Shown here: positions 62,006-64,000 of the stretch, in pieces
How the letters are laid out: the number at the start of each line of letters is the position of its first letter
Numbering within the stretch: position 1 is the stretch's first letter
Origin: Mobula hypostoma
Taxonomy: Eukaryota
Direction: 5' to 3'
Assembly: GCF_963921235.1 (NCBI RefSeq)
Contig: NC_086098.1
Coordinates: 2,852,001 to 2,916,000 of the forward strand
DNA length: 64,000 bases
Position numbers and translations under genes: made by a program
Notes under the pieces: generated by a model
What the model was told of the DNA's origin: nothing
The model's database searches: none
Seen by the model: only the letters and a program-made list of their open reading frames with translations

Positions 62006-63697
62006 GTAGTATACTGTATATGGATTTCAGCAAGGTGTTTGACAAAGTACGTCATGCAAGACTGATTAAGGTAGTAAGGAGGCATGGAATCCAAGGGGAC
62101 ATTGATTTGTGGATCCAGAACTGGCTTGCCCACAGAAGGCAATGAGTGGTTGTAGATGGGTCATATCCTGCATGGAGGTTGGTGACCAGTGGAGTGCCTC
62201 AGGGATCTGTTCTGGGACCCCTACTCTTTGTGATTTTTATATATGATATATGATGAGGAAGTGGAGGGATGGGTTAGTAAATTTGCTGATGACACAAAGG
62301 TTGGGGGTGTTGTGGATAGTGTGGAGGACTGTCAGAGGTTACAGCGGGACATTGATAGAATGCAAAACTGAGCTGAGAAGTGGCAGATGGAGTTCAACCC
62401 AGATAAGTGTGAGGTGTTTCATTTTGGTAGGTCAAATATGATGGCAGAATATAGTATTAATGGCAAGACTCTTGGCAGTGTGGAGGATCAGAGGGATCTT
62501 GGGGTCTGAGTCCATAGGACACTCAAAGTTGCTGCGCAGGTTGACTCTGTGGTTAAGAAGGCATACAGTGCATTGGCCTTCATCAAGTTTGAGAGCTGAG
62601 AGGTAATGTTGCAACTATATAGGACTCTGGTCAGACCCCACTTGGAGTACTATGCTCAGTTCTGGTCGCCTCTCTATAGGAAGGATGTGGAAACCATAGA
62701 AAGGGTGCAGAGGAGATTTACAAGGATGTTGCCTGGATTGGGGAGCATGCCTTATAAGAATAGGTTGAGTGAACTCGGCCTGTCTTCCTTGGAGCGACGG
62801 AGGATGAGAGGTGACCTGATAGAGGTGTAGAATATGATGAAAGATATTGATCGTGTGGATAGTCAGAGGCTTTTTCCTGGGGCTGAAATGGCTAGCATGA
62901 GAGGGCACAGTTTTAAGGTGCTTGGAAGTAGGTTCAAAGGAGATGTCAGGGGTAAGTTTTTTACGCAGAGAGTGGTGAGTTTGTGGAATGGGCTGCCGGT
63001 AACGGTGGTGGAGGCAGATATGATAGGGTTTTTTAAGTGACTCCTGGATAGGTACATGGAGCCAAGAAAAATAGAGGGCTATGGGTAACCCGAGGTAATT
63101 TCTCAGGAAAGGACACGTTCGGCACAGCTTTGTGGGCCGAAGGGCCTGTATTGCGCTGTAGGTTTTCTACGTTTCTATGTAGATTGGACCTTCTTTGAGC
63201 AGCAAGGCCACAACTGGCCTAAAGTCTTCCCTTTATGCAGTAAATTTCTAGGTTTCTTCACTCTAGTGAAGACTAGCAGGGGCAGAATATTCATAAAAAG
63301 ATCTTGGAAGAATGAGTTAGCTTTCTTTTCAAAATTGCTACATTTCCCAATTCATGCCAACAATATAGGGAAGACAGTTAAAATTGCTTAAGGTATTGAA
63401 CCCAGTCGAATACATCACGAGCACAATCCTCTGCACCGTCAGTAGTATCTGGGAAGGTGATACCTCAAGAAGGTAGCATCCTTCATAGAATATCACCACC
63501 ATCTGTCGTATGCCATCATTTCACAACGACCTTCGAGCAGGAGGTACAGAGGCCTGAAGTCCCACACCGACAGGTTCAAGAACAGCCACTTCCCTTCAAC
63601 CATTTATTCTTGAACCAACCAGCAAAACCATGCAACTTACTTTATTATTCAATTCTGTTTTCTTCTAAAATATTCGGTATAATTTATATAATAATAC

Positions 63698-64000
63698 TGC
63701 GCCCGGTGCTCCCGATGTGGCCTTTTATATATTGGTGAGACCCGACGCAGACTGGGAGACCGCTTTGCTGAACATCTACGCTCTGTCCGCCAGAGAAAGC
63801 AAGATCTCCCAGTGGCCACACATTTTAATTCCACATCCCATTCCCATTCTGACATGTCTATCCACGGCCTCCTCTACTGTAAAGATGAAGCCACACTCAG
63901 GTTGGAGGAACAACACCTTATATTCCGTCTGGGTAGCCTCCAACCTGATGGCATGAACATTGACTTCTCTAACTTCCGCTAGGCCCCACCTCCCCCTCGT
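63698..64000 (+). mobile_element. Penelope-like GIY-YIG fragment, runs off the window
   Basis: CSRCGLLYIGETRRRLGDRFAEHLRSVR..QDLPVATHFN...RLEEQHLIFRLGSLQPDGMNIDFSNFR*. Confidence 0.92.

Overview
Eukaryotic, gene-poor and repeat-dense window. No prokaryotic genes, rRNA, genuine tRNA or CRISPR arrays were found. The repeat content points to a cartilaginous fish, probably a batoid/ray (inference): several CR1 LINE subfamilies, Rex1/Babar, Tx1, L1, L2, Hero and RTE LINE remnants, V-SINE/HE1-like SINEs, Penelope GIY-YIG elements, Tc1/mariner derivatives and one Helitron. Nearly all listed ORFs are transposon fragments or chance ORFs. The only long intact ORF is a young, 5'-truncated CR1 ORF2 (30434-32911, -). 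No multi-exon host gene could be assembled; the window looks like a large intron or intergenic DNA, with one good 33-nt micro-exon candidate (11455-11487, +). Highlights: (i) minimal type-I hammerhead ribozyme motifs in Penelope pLTRs, including a 220-bp fold-back element with a 14-bp TSD inserted in frame into a CR1 RT; (ii) a GC-rich RTE LINE with a twin-priming-type 5' inversion; (iii) an internally deleted Helitron with both termini; (iv) a 46-bp templated insertion copied from about 2.2 kb away; (v) a four-TIR palindromic mariner MITE. Family names come from recalled motifs, not database searches, and boundaries of old repeats are approximate.
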